Numbered from the stretch's first letter, positions 1-10,467 are shown. The stretch: 64,000 bases of DNA from a bacterium (GCA_043719295.1 JAYSUD010000006.1:17318-81317); one strand, 5' to 3'. Translations and numbers: made by a program. Notes: generated by a model from the sequence alone, not told the origin.

Positions 1-1662
1 TGTTTGCAAGATTTTTGCATCACTAAGTGATACTCCCGTTGGCAAAAATTCACTTGGTGTAGGTGGATTTACCCCAAACGCTCCTAAGTACAACATGTTT
101 GCAGCTAGGTATGCAGCGGGTGGATTTGGGTGAACAAAATCGGATGTCAACATATTTTCTGCAGTTTGTCCATCATCTCCGTTTCCATAGAGTTCGGTGA
201 ATTTTTTATAGGCTTCAGTATATGCCATACCAGAGGCTGCATAGCCTGCAGTATTTCTTTTCGCTGTTGCTGTATAAAATGTATGGGCATTAGAAGCAAC
301 TGTTTCTCCCTTACTAATACTAATCATATTATCAGGAGCCCAAATACCGTAGAGCATTACGTCAGTGCCGTTTTCTTTTGCAAGTGTTGCAAATAAATCG
401 GTATACTTTTCATAATCAGCTTGGCTACCACTAGTTAGTAGACCGTCGCCACTTTGCAACACGACCAAATCGTAATCTCCTGTCCTCAGAAGATTTTTTG
501 GATCCATAGCTGCTGGCTTACCTGCCCAATTCCATAGTTCACTCATTACTGATCCTCCTATGACTCCATAAGCACTACTTGCCCCAGCACTGTTACGTTG
601 AAGCATTCGCATAAATATACCTGAAGCACTATCAGCTCTTTCTCTACTTACAGCAGCAGTTGTATACGAATTCCCCACAAAGAGAACTTTTGGATTGGAT
701 TTGATTCCAGAAATACTGCCACTGCCAACAGTTCCACCGCCACCTGGGGTTGGTGTAGGCGTTGGAGTTCCGTTTGGTGTTGAATCACAGACATTTCCCA
801 AACCATCTTTATCCGTATCTGTCTGCGTTGCATTACTTATAGCTGGGCAGTTATCTACTGTATCGGCCACCTTGTCACCATCTGTATCTTTAGGCACAGT
901 ACCTATCGGTGGAGTTGTTGTCCCTGTAGGTAAAGGCCGGTAATCAGTATCACAAACGTTACCAATACCATCTTTGTCTTTATCCCATTGTCCTGCGTTT
1001 CTCACTTTTGGACAATTGTCTTTTACATCAACTACACCGTCACCATCTGTATCGGCTGTTGGACTTGGTACTGGAGTTCCGCTTGGGGTAGTGTCACATA
1101 CATTACCAACACCATCTCTGTCTGTATCAAGTTGGTCTGTATTACTTACAAGTTTACAGTTATCGATTGCATCAGCAACAGTGTCTCTGTCTGTATCAAC
1201 AATAGTGACGACGCTTGAGCCGGTTACTTTCAATCGATGTGTTACTGCCCATCCATCAGCACCTGTAGCAAAATTTACTTGTACCCAAGTAAAACCGCTG
1301 GCTGTCTGTGGATTTGAACCTATTACCACGCCCGTACTTCTAAGTAGCTGTGTTCCAACAAGTGTTCCTGAAAGACCAAATGAATTACGTACATTTACAT
1401 CTTGTATAGCTATCACCGTATCTCCAAGTTTTGGTGACGACAAATTTATTCCACCAGTGGTTGGAGTCGTTCCTGTTTGTACACCTTGTAGTTGTGCAAT
1501 AAGCGCAGTTAAATCATTAATTTGTTTTATAAGAGATTCTAAATTTACAGTTGCGGAATCTTGTACAGTTGCTGCTTTTACAGTAATACCTCCAAATAAA
1601 AAGATGGCAACTGCCAACAATATAACTACTTTTGTATGAAAAAACGGAATTGATTTTGACAT
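1..1662 (-). CDS. Secreted modular protein, partial (runs off left edge): signal peptide, coiled coil, SH3-like domain, thrombospondin type-3-like repeats, SGNH-like hydrolase; paralog of 1872..5528
   Basis: Manual translation: MSKSIPFFHTKVVILLAVAIFLFGG..., LTALIAQLQG, VNVRNSFG..GFTWVQVNFATGADGW, DTDRDTVADAIDNC repeats, KVLFVGNSYT and DFVH. Missing from the ORF track because its stop lies outside the window. Confidence 0.85.
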   Translation of the reverse strand, partial: MSKSIPFFHTKVVILLAVAIFLFGGITVKAATVQDSATVNLESLIKQINDLTALIAQLQGVQTGTTPTTGGINLSSPKLGDTVIAIQDVNVRNSFGLSGTLVGTQLLRSTGVVIGSNPQTASGFTWVQVNFATGADGWAVTHRLKVTGSSVVTIVDTDRDTVADAIDNCKLVSNTDQLDTDRDGVGNVCDTTPSGTPVPSPTADTDGDGVVDVKDNCPKVRNAGQWDKDKDGIGNVCDTDYRPLPTGTTTPPIGTVPKDTDGDKVADTVDNCPAISNATQTDTDKDGLGNVCDSTPNGTPTPTPTPGGGGTVGSGSISGIKSNPKVLFVGNSYTTAAVSRERADSASGIFMRMLQRNSAGASSAYGVIGGSVMSELWNWAGKPAAMDPKNLLRTGDYDLVVLQSGDGLLTSGSQADYEKYTDLFATLAKENGTDVMLYGIWAPDNMISISKGETVASNAHTFYTATAKRNTAGYAASGMAYTEAYKKFTELYGNGDDGQTAENMLTSDFVHPNPPAAYLAANMLYLGAFGVNPPTPSEFLPTGVSLSDAKILQT

Positions 1663-1697
1663 AATGATATGTGACATATTAATAATATAAATATTCT

Positions 1698-1789
1698 AAA
1701 AACAGGGATAGCAGGCTGTGCCTGATATCCCTCCTATCTTCAAATCATATACCCTACCAATAATTTATAACTGTGGCATGTGTGGATAA
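1698..1789 (-). promoter_or_regulatory. Upstream cassette: DnaA box, -10 TATGAT, GGAGGG hairpin + T tract
   Basis: TTATCCACA at 1781-1789; TATGAT at 1744-1749; AGGGATATCAGGC-ACA-GCCTGCTATCCCT followed by GTTTTT. Confidence 0.6.
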
Positions 1790-1817
1790 GTAAACTATAT
1801 CATTTTAATATTTTAAA

Positions 1818-1853
1818 AAAATTAATACCGCACGTAAGTGCGGTATTAATTTT
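1818..1853. terminator. Intrinsic terminator of the 1872..5528 gene
   Basis: AAAATTAATACCGCAC-GTAA-GTGCGGTATTAATTTT perfect inverted repeat just past the stop. Confidence 0.75.
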
Positions 1854-1871
1854 CTACAGTACTTGAACTAA

Positions 1872-4800
1872 CTATTTATACCAACTACTATTTGTTTGGG
1901 TATTGTGCGACTTATGTGCCTCAATCGCAATCCCTTGAAGTATTTTTGCATCAGTAAGCGTCACCCCAGCAGGCAAAAACTCACTTGGTGTTGGTGGATT
2001 TACTCCAAAAGCTGCAAGATACATCATATTTGCTGCAAGGTATGCAGCAGGTGGAGCTGCATGAACACTATCGTACGTAAGCATTGTTTCAGCAGTTTGC
2101 CCATCATCACCTTTTCCATAGAGTTCAGTGAACTTCTTATGAGCCTGAGTATATGCCATACCCGCAGCTGCATAACCTGTATTATTACGGATTGCTGTTT
2201 TTTCATATCCTGCATCTAAAGCAGCTGCAACAGTGTCTCCTTTGCTGATACTGATAAGCTGATCAGGTGCCCATACTCCGTATAACATGACATCTGTGCC
2301 ATTTGCTTTTGCTAAATTAGCGAAGAGATCAGTGTGAATTTCATAACTACCAGGTACCGTACTTTGCAGAATATCATCTCCACTTTGTAGTACTAAAAGA
2401 TCATAGTCACCAGAGGCAAGTCGTGTTTTTGGATTATATTGTTCAGGTTTACCTGCCCAATTCCACAACTCACTCATAACTGACCCTCCGATTACAGACA
2501 AATCATGAGTTGCACCAGATGCCTTCTGCTTTAGCATGCGCATAAACAAACCTGAAGCACTGTTTTCACGGATTCCTCCAGGAGCTGCGTAGGTATATGA
2601 ATTACCAACGAAAAGTACTTTTGGATTGGTTTTAAGACCAGTAATACTACCTCCGATTACGGCTCCTCCATCTGGAACTGGTACTGGTGTTCCGTTTGGT
2701 GTAGCATCACACGCATTTCCGATACCATCTTTATCAGTATCTGCTTGTGTTACGTTACTTACAATTACACAATTATCTGTTGCATCGGCAATAGAGTCCC
2801 CATCTGTATCTTTCGGTGCAGTTACCACAGGCGGGGTTGTCGTAGCGACAGTACGATAATCAGGGTCACATACGTTACCAATACCATCTTTGTCCTTATC
2901 CCATTGTCCTACATTCCGCACTGTTGGACAGTTGTCATTAGTATCAAGCACTCCATCAGCATCGGTATCGGCTGTTGGGCTTGGTACAACTGATGATGTT
3001 AATTTGCCCAAAAGCTCTAATTCCATTGCTTGAACCCTCGCTGACCCTGAGGTACCTTGTACAGTCACTTTCACATACCGTCCGGTAGTTTTAATTGAGC
3101 GCTCAAACCACGCCATGCCATATGCATTAGAAGCAGTAAATATTTTTCCATATGCAGCCCCAGCGGTTGATTTAGATTCAAAACTCCAAGTCTTCGAGTG
3201 CCAAGTACCGTTGGTGTCGCCAAAAATTCGAGTAGAGGTAAGATCATAATTTGCACCAAGGTCAAACTCTACCCAAAAGGTTTCACTTACTTCTGAACCC
3301 GCTGAACATCCAAGCGTCACAGCTGTACATCCGTCAAATAAATTATCAGTTATATGATCTTTTTCGAAGTTATTTGATGATGCAATTATTTTCGATGCAC
3401 TGAGCAAATTACTTGGATTTGCACTTGGGGGAAGCGTGACCGTACCATTTGGAGTTGCATCACAAACATTTCCAATCTTGTCACCATCGGTATCAAGTTG
3501 ATTGCTATTGCTTACAAGCACACAATTATCTATAGAATCTGCAACAGTATCTTTGTCTGTATCGGTGACTGTTCCTCCAGTTGTGCTTGTTTTACTTATA
3601 CGTGTAGTAACTACCCAACCATCTGTTCCATTTGCAAAATTAACCTGCACCCACGTGTAACCACTTGCTGTCTGTGAAACAGAACTGATCACGGTACCAG
3701 TACTTCCTAAAGGTTGAGAACCAAGGATGCTTGCAGTAAGTCCATATGAACTACGTACATTAACTTCACTGATAGCAGTAATAGTATCGCCGAGTTTGAT
3801 TAAAGCAGTTGGCACTTCGCCGCCTGTTGTTCCACCACCGGTTGTTGCACCAGGTGTTGGAGTAGCTCCATATAACGCAGTGTCTTTATAATTAGGATAC
3901 TTACCTTCAATCGAAATAGCTCGAGGAGGCCAGTTGCTTAAACCTGTATTTGAGAGAAGTGGTCGTTTTGGTGCACTTGCAGAATTGTAGCTAAACGGAC
4001 TTCCTGCGCCTTTTGCAAAAACTTTTCCAGCTTCATTGAGTTCAAGGTCAGTAACGTTGGCAACCATGCCCGCATTCCAATTTTTAAGGAGCTTACTAAA
4101 TGAGTCAGAATCACTCGCAGCTATACTCATCATGACATTGTTGTTCATGACAATATTTCTGGCTGTCATGAAGGCAGTTTTTGCTGCACCTTTAAGCGTT
4201 TGAGATTCGTCACTAATTGATACACCGTTCTCTTTTGTAAAGGCATTTGTGTACCCAATTATATTGTCATGAACTTCAATATTTTTAAGTGCTAGTTCTG
4301 GCTTATTAGCTGTACCATTATTTTCAATTTCATTAAGACCAATTGATGGAGCGGCAATAAGATTATTAGTACTTATGTTTTCATATCCTCCTGAATAAAT
4401 GAATGTGTTATGGTGCACTTTAGCATTTTGCATATCACCAATTGAAATACCTTTCGGATTGGTTGAATACACAACGTTGTTAAAGTACTGGAAATCTCTA
4501 ACAAAATCGCCTGCTTGACCAGCATTTCCACGACCAAACATATTTTGCATATGACTCGCACCCGCTTCAAGGAATACGTTATTACTCATTACAACTCGCT
4601 CAATACTTTCGTCAGTACCAGCAATATAGTATTGAATACCATCTACATGATCACCGTCAGTTGCTCCCGCCTTTAATTGACTTCGATGAACCCCCATAGG
4701 TGTATTAAATTGATTGTTATCAATCAACACGTCTTGACTACCCACAATCCTCATAAAATCTGAACGGACGTGGTGAATATGAGAGTTCTTAAGAGTTACG

Positions 4801-5528
4801 TGATCAGACTCTGAAGAAACTAGATTAATGATGTAATCAGCCATATCAACAGTGTCAAATGTTACATATGATGAATCAAATACATGTACTCCTCCACCAT
4901 AGGGATAGTTTGAAATTGGCACATCACGACTCGTTGTTTCTGAAGCCAGTACTCCTTCTGTTGATTTGAGTACATGTCCACGAAATACCGTACCGGAAAA
5001 AGTAATATTTTTACTATTTCGTATAGTCACCATCGGGCTACCATATCCACGTCCCACCTCATTGTCGGTGATTTTTACATTTTCAATACGAAGTCCTGTA
5101 CTACCCGTGACCTGAAAATTCTTTGTAAGAATTACAGCTGGATTGCTCGCAACCGCTGAACGAATGATTACTGGATTCGTCGCAGAGAAAACTCGGTTGG
5201 TAACAGAATATCTTTCTCCCAGAGCATCGAGGTCATATGTACCCGGAGAAAGTGCAATAATATCTCCTGACACTGCCTTTTTTAGAGCTGCATCAAATTC
5301 AGCTACAGTTGCTACAGTTTGTGTCCCAAGAACCTGGGGGACACCCTGAAGTTGCGCAATGAGTGCCTTTAGTTCTACAATCTGTTTTGCAATTTGTTCA
5401 AGGCCAGCAACCGAAATGTCACGTGCCACTGATGCCTCTGCATTTGAAATAGTATTTCCAAATAGCAGGACTGTAATTATTGAAAGTGTGAGTACTTTTG
5501 TATATAAAAATGAGATTGTTTTCAACAT
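1872..5528 (-). CDS. Large secreted protein: right-handed beta-helix (pectin lyase-like), SH3-like, TSP3-like repeats, discoidin/F5-8-like domain, SGNH-like hydrolase
   Basis: Signal peptide from MLKTISF (start moved to 5528); beta-helix-type repeats with HVDGIQ; WVEFDLG..GRYVKV; DxDxDxxxDxxDNC repeats; VLFVGNSYT..DSVH. Confidence 0.8.
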   Translation of the reverse strand: MLKTISFLYTKVLTLSIITVLLFGNTISNAEASVARDISVAGLEQIAKQIVELKALIAQLQGVPQVLGTQTVATVAEFDAALKKAVSGDIIALSPGTYDLDALGERYSVTNRVFSATNPVIIRSAVASNPAVILTKNFQVTGSTGLRIENVKITDNEVGRGYGSPMVTIRNSKNITFSGTVFRGHVLKSTEGVLASETTSRDVPISNYPYGGGVHVFDSSYVTFDTVDMADYIINLVSSESDHVTLKNSHIHHVRSDFMRIVGSQDVLIDNNQFNTPMGVHRSQLKAGATDGDHVDGIQYYIAGTDESIERVVMSNNVFLEAGASHMQNMFGRGNAGQAGDFVRDFQYFNNVVYSTNPKGISIGDMQNAKVHHNTFIYSGGYENISTNNLIAAPSIGLNEIENNGTANKPELALKNIEVHDNIIGYTNAFTKENGVSISDESQTLKGAAKTAFMTARNIVMNNNVMMSIAASDSDSFSKLLKNWNAGMVANVTDLELNEAGKVFAKGAGSPFSYNSASAPKRPLLSNTGLSNWPPRAISIEGKYPNYKDTALYGATPTPGATTGGGTTGGEVPTALIKLGDTITAISEVNVRSSYGLTASILGSQPLGSTGTVISSVSQTASGYTWVQVNFANGTDGWVVTTRISKTSTTGGTVTDTDKDTVADSIDNCVLVSNSNQLDTDGDKIGNVCDATPNGTVTLPPSANPSNLLSASKIIASSNNFEKDHITDNLFDGCTAVTLGCSAGSEVSETFWVEFDLGANYDLTSTRIFGDTNGTWHSKTWSFESKSTAGAAYGKIFTASNAYGMAWFERSIKTTGRYVKVTVQGTSGSARVQAMELELLGKLTSSVVPSPTADTDADGVLDTNDNCPTVRNVGQWDKDKDGIGNVCDPDYRTVATTTPPVVTAPKDTDGDSIADATDNCVIVSNVTQADTDKDGIGNACDATPNGTPVPVPDGGAVIGGSITGLKTNPKVLFVGNSYTYAAPGGIRENSASGLFMRMLKQKASGATHDLSVIGGSVMSELWNWAGKPEQYNPKTRLASGDYDLLVLQSGDDILQSTVPGSYEIHTDLFANLAKANGTDVMLYGVWAPDQLISISKGDTVAAALDAGYEKTAIRNNTGYAAAGMAYTQAHKKFTELYGKGDDGQTAETMLTYDSVHAAPPAAYLAANMMYLAAFGVNPPTPSEFLPAGVTLTDAKILQGIAIEAHKSHNTQTNSSWYK

Positions 5529-5562
5529 GGTGATATGTAATTGTATTGATAATTTTCTAACT

Positions 5563-5654
5563 AAAAACGGGGATAACCAGCTTAGCCGGATACCCCCTCC
5601 TATACAGACATCATATACCTCAACTTGCATTTAAATTTCATCTCTTGTGGATAA
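5563..5654 (-). promoter_or_regulatory. Upstream cassette: DnaA box, -10 TATGAT, GGAGGG hairpin + T tract
   Basis: TTATCCACA at 5646-5654; TATGAT at 5610-5615; GGGGTATCCGGC-TAA-GCTGGTTATCCCC followed by GTTTTT. Confidence 0.6.
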
Positions 5655-5808
5655 CAAATAGTTCGAATCTGTACCTATATAAGTTAAGTATGTACAAAAA
5701 GTGACCGGTGCACTTTCCCTCCTGTAACAGAGCTCAAGTGCACCGGTCTATTAAGATACCCAACACCTTCAACACATTCATGTTTTTTATCTATATAATA
5801 AGTACGCA

Positions 5809-6921
5809 ATGAAGCAACATTCGTTTCTACTGATATTTTTATTTATAGTATTTTGTAGTACTGATTTTACGTATGCTGTTGAACCTAATGCGGGAATTGT
5901 ACAAGGGCTTTGGTATGGCAAAGAAAAAATATTTGCAGATGAAACCGTACGTATGTATGTGGCAATTCGAAACTACACGGAAAGTGACTTAACGGGCACA
6001 GTTGAGTTTTTTGATGGCGATAAACGAATTGAACGGAGGTCAGTTACTGCACTTGATGGACGTATTATTGAAAGTTGGGCAGATTGGACACCAAGCTATG
6101 GTACACATAGCTTAAAAGCAACACTCTCACGAATTGAACTTTCTAAAGTTGGATCTACAACACAAGAGGTAACGGTGACATCGTCACTTGCAGAAGATAC
6201 TGTTTTTGTTGACTACGATACTGATGGTGACAATATTGGTAATGAAACTGATAGTGATGATGATGGGGATACTATCACTGATATACAAGAAAAAAAGGAT
6301 GGCACTAATCCACTAGTTAAACAAAAAGTTATCCAACCACAGAGCACAAGTAATAGTTCAAATGAAAATGAAGGTAATTTAAATTCCTCAGCGGAAAGTA
6401 CTGATACTTCCGACAATACGGCCACACGTTCAGGTCTAAACAATCGCTTAAATACCAGCTCATCAAACTCCCCCCAAGGTCTTGAACAGTATCTTGCACC
6501 AAGCCCAGCAGAGACGGCACTTGGAACCGTAACCAACTACATTACAGAAACAAAAACGAATCTTGATACGTATCGAGAAAATCGAAATGCAAAAATTGAA
6601 GCATCTCTTGCCTCTTCAACAAAAATTGAAGTAAACAATGATGGCTTTGGTGCAATCACGCGAACTGACACAAAGGACACCAGGAATTCTTCAGTGACTA
6701 TTCCTAAAATTGAAGGTGAAGGTTTCTTTGACAAGCTTTTTACTTTCATAGGAAGTATCGCAACAAAGCTCTACACCTTTATCCTCGCTACACTCTCATT
6801 TATCCTGGCGCATCCCATTTTTATACAACTTGGCCTTTTACTTCTCATACTCTTTGGCCTCATAAAACTAGCTTCAAAATTCGGCCGTCGTCCGAGCCTT
6901 AAAAAACAAAAAACAAACTAG
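5809..6921 (+). CDS. Surface protein with Ig-like/CARDB-like domain, acidic Ca-binding repeat and C-terminal membrane anchor
   Basis: Signal peptide; DTDGDNIGNETDSDDDGD; C-terminal hydrophobic helices followed by a basic tail. Confidence 0.7.
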   Translation: MKQHSFLLIFLFIVFCSTDFTYAVEPNAGIVQGLWYGKEKIFADETVRMYVAIRNYTESDLTGTVEFFDGDKRIERRSVTALDGRIIESWADWTPSYGTHSLKATLSRIELSKVGSTTQEVTVTSSLAEDTVFVDYDTDGDNIGNETDSDDDGDTITDIQEKKDGTNPLVKQKVIQPQSTSNSSNENEGNLNSSAESTDTSDNTATRSGLNNRLNTSSSNSPQGLEQYLAPSPAETALGTVTNYITETKTNLDTYRENRNAKIEASLASSTKIEVNNDGFGAITRTDTKDTRNSSVTIPKIEGEGFFDKLFTFIGSIATKLYTFILATLSFILAHPIFIQLGLLLLILFGLIKLASKFGRRPSLKKQKTN

Positions 6922-6949
6922 TACGATATATCGTACTAGTTTGTTTTTT
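6908..6949. repeat. 42-bp perfect palindrome with core TAGTACGATATATCGTACTA
   Basis: Read directly; the 20-bp core recurs at 8934-8953. Confidence 0.9.
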
Positions 6950-6991
6950 AGATACAGACTACTTTTCCAAGTATCTGTTTATTTCACTTAT

Positions 6992-7837
6992 TTATTCTAC
7001 AGGTTCATGAGTATGATCATCATGACCATCGTACTCAGGAATCCAGGTTACGTGTGTAAATACCATTTCACCTGAAACAGCTTTTCGTGCATAGAGTGAC
7101 GGATTATTTTTTGCATCACGTTTCACTACTTCGCCCCATGTTGATGGTTTACTGTGACCAGTTTCTTTTTCAACACTTTCCGACAGGGTTTTTGCTCCAC
7201 TGTTACTTGATAACGCAGCTGTTTTTGTATATGAATCAAACGTATCTAGGTGTGCGTAGATTGCTGCAAGCTGCTCATAATCATGGGCATCAGGACGCTG
7301 ATTCGGAACAGGATTGTATGAGTAATCCATACAAGTACCCTTTGTAGTATTGAAGTCCTCATCATTGTGACCTAAACCAAGAGTGTGACCAATTTCTTGA
7401 CACACTACAGCCTTCCGCCACGCAACGGTGTTGTATGTTGAGGTATTGTAATAAGTATCATTAAGCTTTACGGTACCTTTTGTTATATGATCACCACTTA
7501 CCCATATTTCTGCTATACCAAGCCAGCCGTTTGACCCATAGGCATCATTACAAACCTCAACCATTCCATTAACACCAAGACAACTTCGTGAACGCTTTTG
7601 TGCTTTTAACGCAAAATCAACTACTGGCGATTTGTTCCAATCAACCACAGCGGCCTTCATAGAAGACTGCCATTGATAGGACATACTATTTTTCACTTGA
7701 ATGGTAAACGTTGGTGTAGTGCGAGCCCAGTGATAATTTCCCCATGCGTGATTTGCAAACGCATACGAAGCAAAAAAGAATAAACATACAGTACTTACTA
7801 TCGCAACAACTGACACTCGTTTAATTGTTAAAACCAT
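6992..7837 (-). CDS. Secreted metzincin/matrixin-like zinc metalloprotease (QExxHxxGxxH variant)
   Basis: Signal peptide; CQEIGHTLGLGH; Met-turn TCMDY. Confidence 0.75.
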   Translation of the reverse strand: MVLTIKRVSVVAIVSTVCLFFFASYAFANHAWGNYHWARTTPTFTIQVKNSMSYQWQSSMKAAVVDWNKSPVVDFALKAQKRSRSCLGVNGMVEVCNDAYGSNGWLGIAEIWVSGDHITKGTVKLNDTYYNTSTYNTVAWRKAVVCQEIGHTLGLGHNDEDFNTTKGTCMDYSYNPVPNQRPDAHDYEQLAAIYAHLDTFDSYTKTAALSSNSGAKTLSESVEKETGHSKPSTWGEVVKRDAKNNPSLYARKAVSGEMVFTHVTWIPEYDGHDDHTHEPVE

Positions 7838-8104
7838 GGTAATTACTTGAATAATAATTTTACTACTATACCATAGAAAACCTATTTTGTCACGCATTTT
7901 TCAACTTTATGCTCAAATATATGGGTATTTTCAATTTTTTTAAAGAAAATTTACTCAAAAAGACCCGTCTACTTATCCTTTGCAGGACTATTATTAGAGA
8001 TATTATATTTTGGATTTCAAAGAAAACTATATTTCCCTTCAAAAATCTGTTCTTTTGGTTAACACATTGAAGCCGCACCTGTGGGGTGCGGCCTGTCTTA
8101 TATT

Positions 8105-8770
8105 TCACATCATCAGGTCTAGCGCCATTTTCTTGGAGATACCCTTTTTGTAGTCTCTGAATCCACCAATTTGGTGAACAAAGCCGTCTGGTGTAACCAA
8201 GCAATTTTCTAAGGCTTTTGTATTTGCACCATCATCATCAATGGAAAGAACATTCACCTGTGTCCCTGTGGAATAAAGTGTGTCACGCAATTCCCGACAT
8301 CGTTTTTGATCACCAGCAACAGGTCCTTCATCTGTTGAGATATCTAAGACTCGCCGTAATGTTGTTTTTTCTTTTTTGCTAAAGTAGCGAAGTACCTCTT
8401 TGTGGAAAGTCCTTCCACCACCAAAAGTTTCAGTTGGCGCGCTTGCGATGAGTTCTTCACCGAGAGACATAAAGTCATCAACATTCAGCATCTGCATAGA
8501 AAAGAGTGGGAGGACGGTGTCAGCCCAAACAAATACAGATACCAAGGGTCGATACGGCAACCATGATTCTTGTATAACCGGCATCGCCAGGGCTTCAACA
8601 TGACCTCGAAGTTGTACCAAAAAATGATTGGTAAATTTTTGAAACATACTTGAGGAACAATCCAACAACAAACAAAGCTCTACCTCAACTTTTGTTGAAG
8701 CTTTAAGAACAAATGGTACACACAAACTTCCGGCACCTAAACTAAACGACCTTCTGTTCATACCCGACAT
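8105..8770 (-). CDS. vWA-like protein (DUF1194-like) with twin-arginine-like N-terminus
   Basis: NRRSF; VELCLLLDCSSSM (MIDAS DxSxS); RRVLDISTD; SD-like GAGG upstream. Confidence 0.65.
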   Translation of the reverse strand: MSGMNRRSFSLGAGSLCVPFVLKASTKVEVELCLLLDCSSSMFQKFTNHFLVQLRGHVEALAMPVIQESWLPYRPLVSVFVWADTVLPLFSMQMLNVDDFMSLGEELIASAPTETFGGGRTFHKEVLRYFSKKEKTTLRRVLDISTDEGPVAGDQKRCRELRDTLYSTGTQVNVLSIDDDGANTKALENCLVTPDGFVHQIGGFRDYKKGISKKMALDLMM

Positions 8771-8930
8771 TTTAGTACCTCTCGTTTCTAAATTGTTATG
8801 GCAGTGTGCCCATTGATAATGTAAACCCACAGACATCAACCGTCAAGCAATAAGTTCTGAAATTCAAAAACAATCTTCTCGCTAGGGTACTCCTAAGATT
8901 TTTTAGGTAAAAAACTTAACAAGTCCCCGA

Positions 8931-8956
8931 AAATAGTACGATATATCGTACTATTT
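8931..8956. repeat. 26-bp perfect palindrome, second copy of core TAGTACGATATATCGTACTA
   Basis: AAATAGTACGATATATCGTACTATTT. Confidence 0.9.
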
Positions 8957-9157
8957 CTTCAAAGTTGTACCCATGACAGTACATAGGCAAGGTCTATGTA
9001 GTCACGTTTCTATTTATTAGCAGCAGACGCATTTTGCCTAGGTGGAGCTATTTGAGGGGAGTTGTAAGATTAGACCCATAGACGCATCTCCAACATTCGC
9101 TTTGCCCAGAGGTTTAGATGCTTGTGGTATCATTTTTATATTAAATTAAAATTACAT

Positions 9158-10378
9158 ATGCATCTCAAAAAATACTTTTTATTGTCACTATTGCTATCGA
9201 CTTGCTTTTTAAGCACTCAAGGACGCTTAGCAAATGCACAGATGCCAAGCACAACAAGTCAGCCTGAAATTAACTCACAGATCATTACAGAACTCTTGGC
9301 ACAGCTATATGATCTACAAGAACAATTGAAGAATCTGCTGAAATACGAAGATGGCAAACCTTTGAATACTGTTACAGAGATTATTGGACCTAAAACAGTC
9401 ACTGTTGGTGAATACACTACTTGGAAATTTGTTACAAAAGATAAAGATCCTGAAAATTCAAGTCCTGTAATGATAGATTGGGGCGACGGAATGACATCAG
9501 CCACTGGTTCAGGACATACCTATAGTGCACCTGGAACCTATACTATAGTTGCAACACATCATGACGGTAATGGTATGGCAGCTAGTCTTTCATTTAAAGT
9601 TAAGGTAACTCCTAACGTTAGTACGGGTTCTCTCACGGCTTGGGGGAATAAACTTGTAAGTAATAAATCTCTGATCCCAAAAAATCAATTTCGCTCGTAT
9701 TTTTTTGATACAAAAAGCTTTAAAGTTGTATCTGCATCAGAAGTTGTAGACCAGCCATTTTTCTTTTATCCTAATGATTCATTCAGTATCAGGATAAGTG
9801 ATCAATTTCAAGAACACACACTTGGTGCATATTGGGTAGGTTCATTCTCGTACCCTAAGGACACAACAGTATATCTTGATTTTTCTGACCCTCAGTGGGA
9901 TACCGTTCGATTTATAATTGACGGAAAAACAGTCATTGAAAGTAGCCGACGTGATACAAATTTAAAATCACACCCAATTAAACTTAAAAAAGGTATCCAC
10001 ATCATCGAAGTTGAGTACAAGGTAAACTGGCACGCTGGTTTTTTCAGAGCAAAAGTAGGTACTAATGATCCAAACTACGTAGACATAAAAACAGCACAAG
10101 TAGCAGCTCGTGCTATTGCAGGAAAGAGTGCCGTTATGGTATCTCTAAAGGAATACAGTTCTGGGAACACGCTCACAGGGATTACTCCAGTCTCTATTTC
10201 CAATACTGTTACATCGAAGATTCTTGATTTATCTTCATATGAGGCCACTCTATGGGATGTGCAAGGAGCTAATACTAAAGGTGTAAAGGCTATTATTCTC
10301 TCTTCGTTCGCTGGTGCAGCTGATGTAATCAATGCAGATACGATACCAATTTTCAGAACAAGAAATTATTCTGAGTAA
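9158..10378 (+). CDS. Secreted PKD-domain plus PA14-like domain protein
   Basis: Signal peptide, coiled coil, IDWGDG..HTYSAPGTYTI, VRFIIDGKTVI..LKKGIHIIEVEY. Confidence 0.7.
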   Translation: MHLKKYFLLSLLLSTCFLSTQGRLANAQMPSTTSQPEINSQIITELLAQLYDLQEQLKNLLKYEDGKPLNTVTEIIGPKTVTVGEYTTWKFVTKDKDPENSSPVMIDWGDGMTSATGSGHTYSAPGTYTIVATHHDGNGMAASLSFKVKVTPNVSTGSLTAWGNKLVSNKSLIPKNQFRSYFFDTKSFKVVSASEVVDQPFFFYPNDSFSIRISDQFQEHTLGAYWVGSFSYPKDTTVYLDFSDPQWDTVRFIIDGKTVIESSRRDTNLKSHPIKLKKGIHIIEVEYKVNWHAGFFRAKVGTNDPNYVDIKTAQVAARAIAGKSAVMVSLKEYSSGNTLTGITPVSISNTVTSKILDLSSYEATLWDVQGANTKGVKAIILSSFAGAADVINADTIPIFRTRNYSE

Positions 10379-10435
10379 TTATCTTTAAGTCTAAGTTCAG
10401 TAGATCTCAAATTTGAATAGTGCGTTCAGTAGATA

Positions 10436-10465
10436 AGAAAAAAGACCCTTTCGGGTCTTTTTTCT
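10436..10465. terminator. Bidirectional terminator between the PKD gene and rpsG
   Basis: AGAAAAAAGACCC-TTTC-GGGTCTTTTTTCT. Confidence 0.75.
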
Positions 10466-10467
10466 TT

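Noticed and set aside
130-1639. Plus-strand ORFs 130..396, 695..943, 974..1639
   Set aside because: Antisense shadows of the minus-strand gene at 1..1662
5529-5630. N-terminal extension of the 1252-aa ORF
   Set aside because: Covers the promoter and hairpin; the paralog and signal peptide support a start at 5528
5703-5748. 13-bp inverted repeat GACCGGTGCACTT..AAGTGCACCGGTC
   Set aside because: Real but single-copy, with no supportable function
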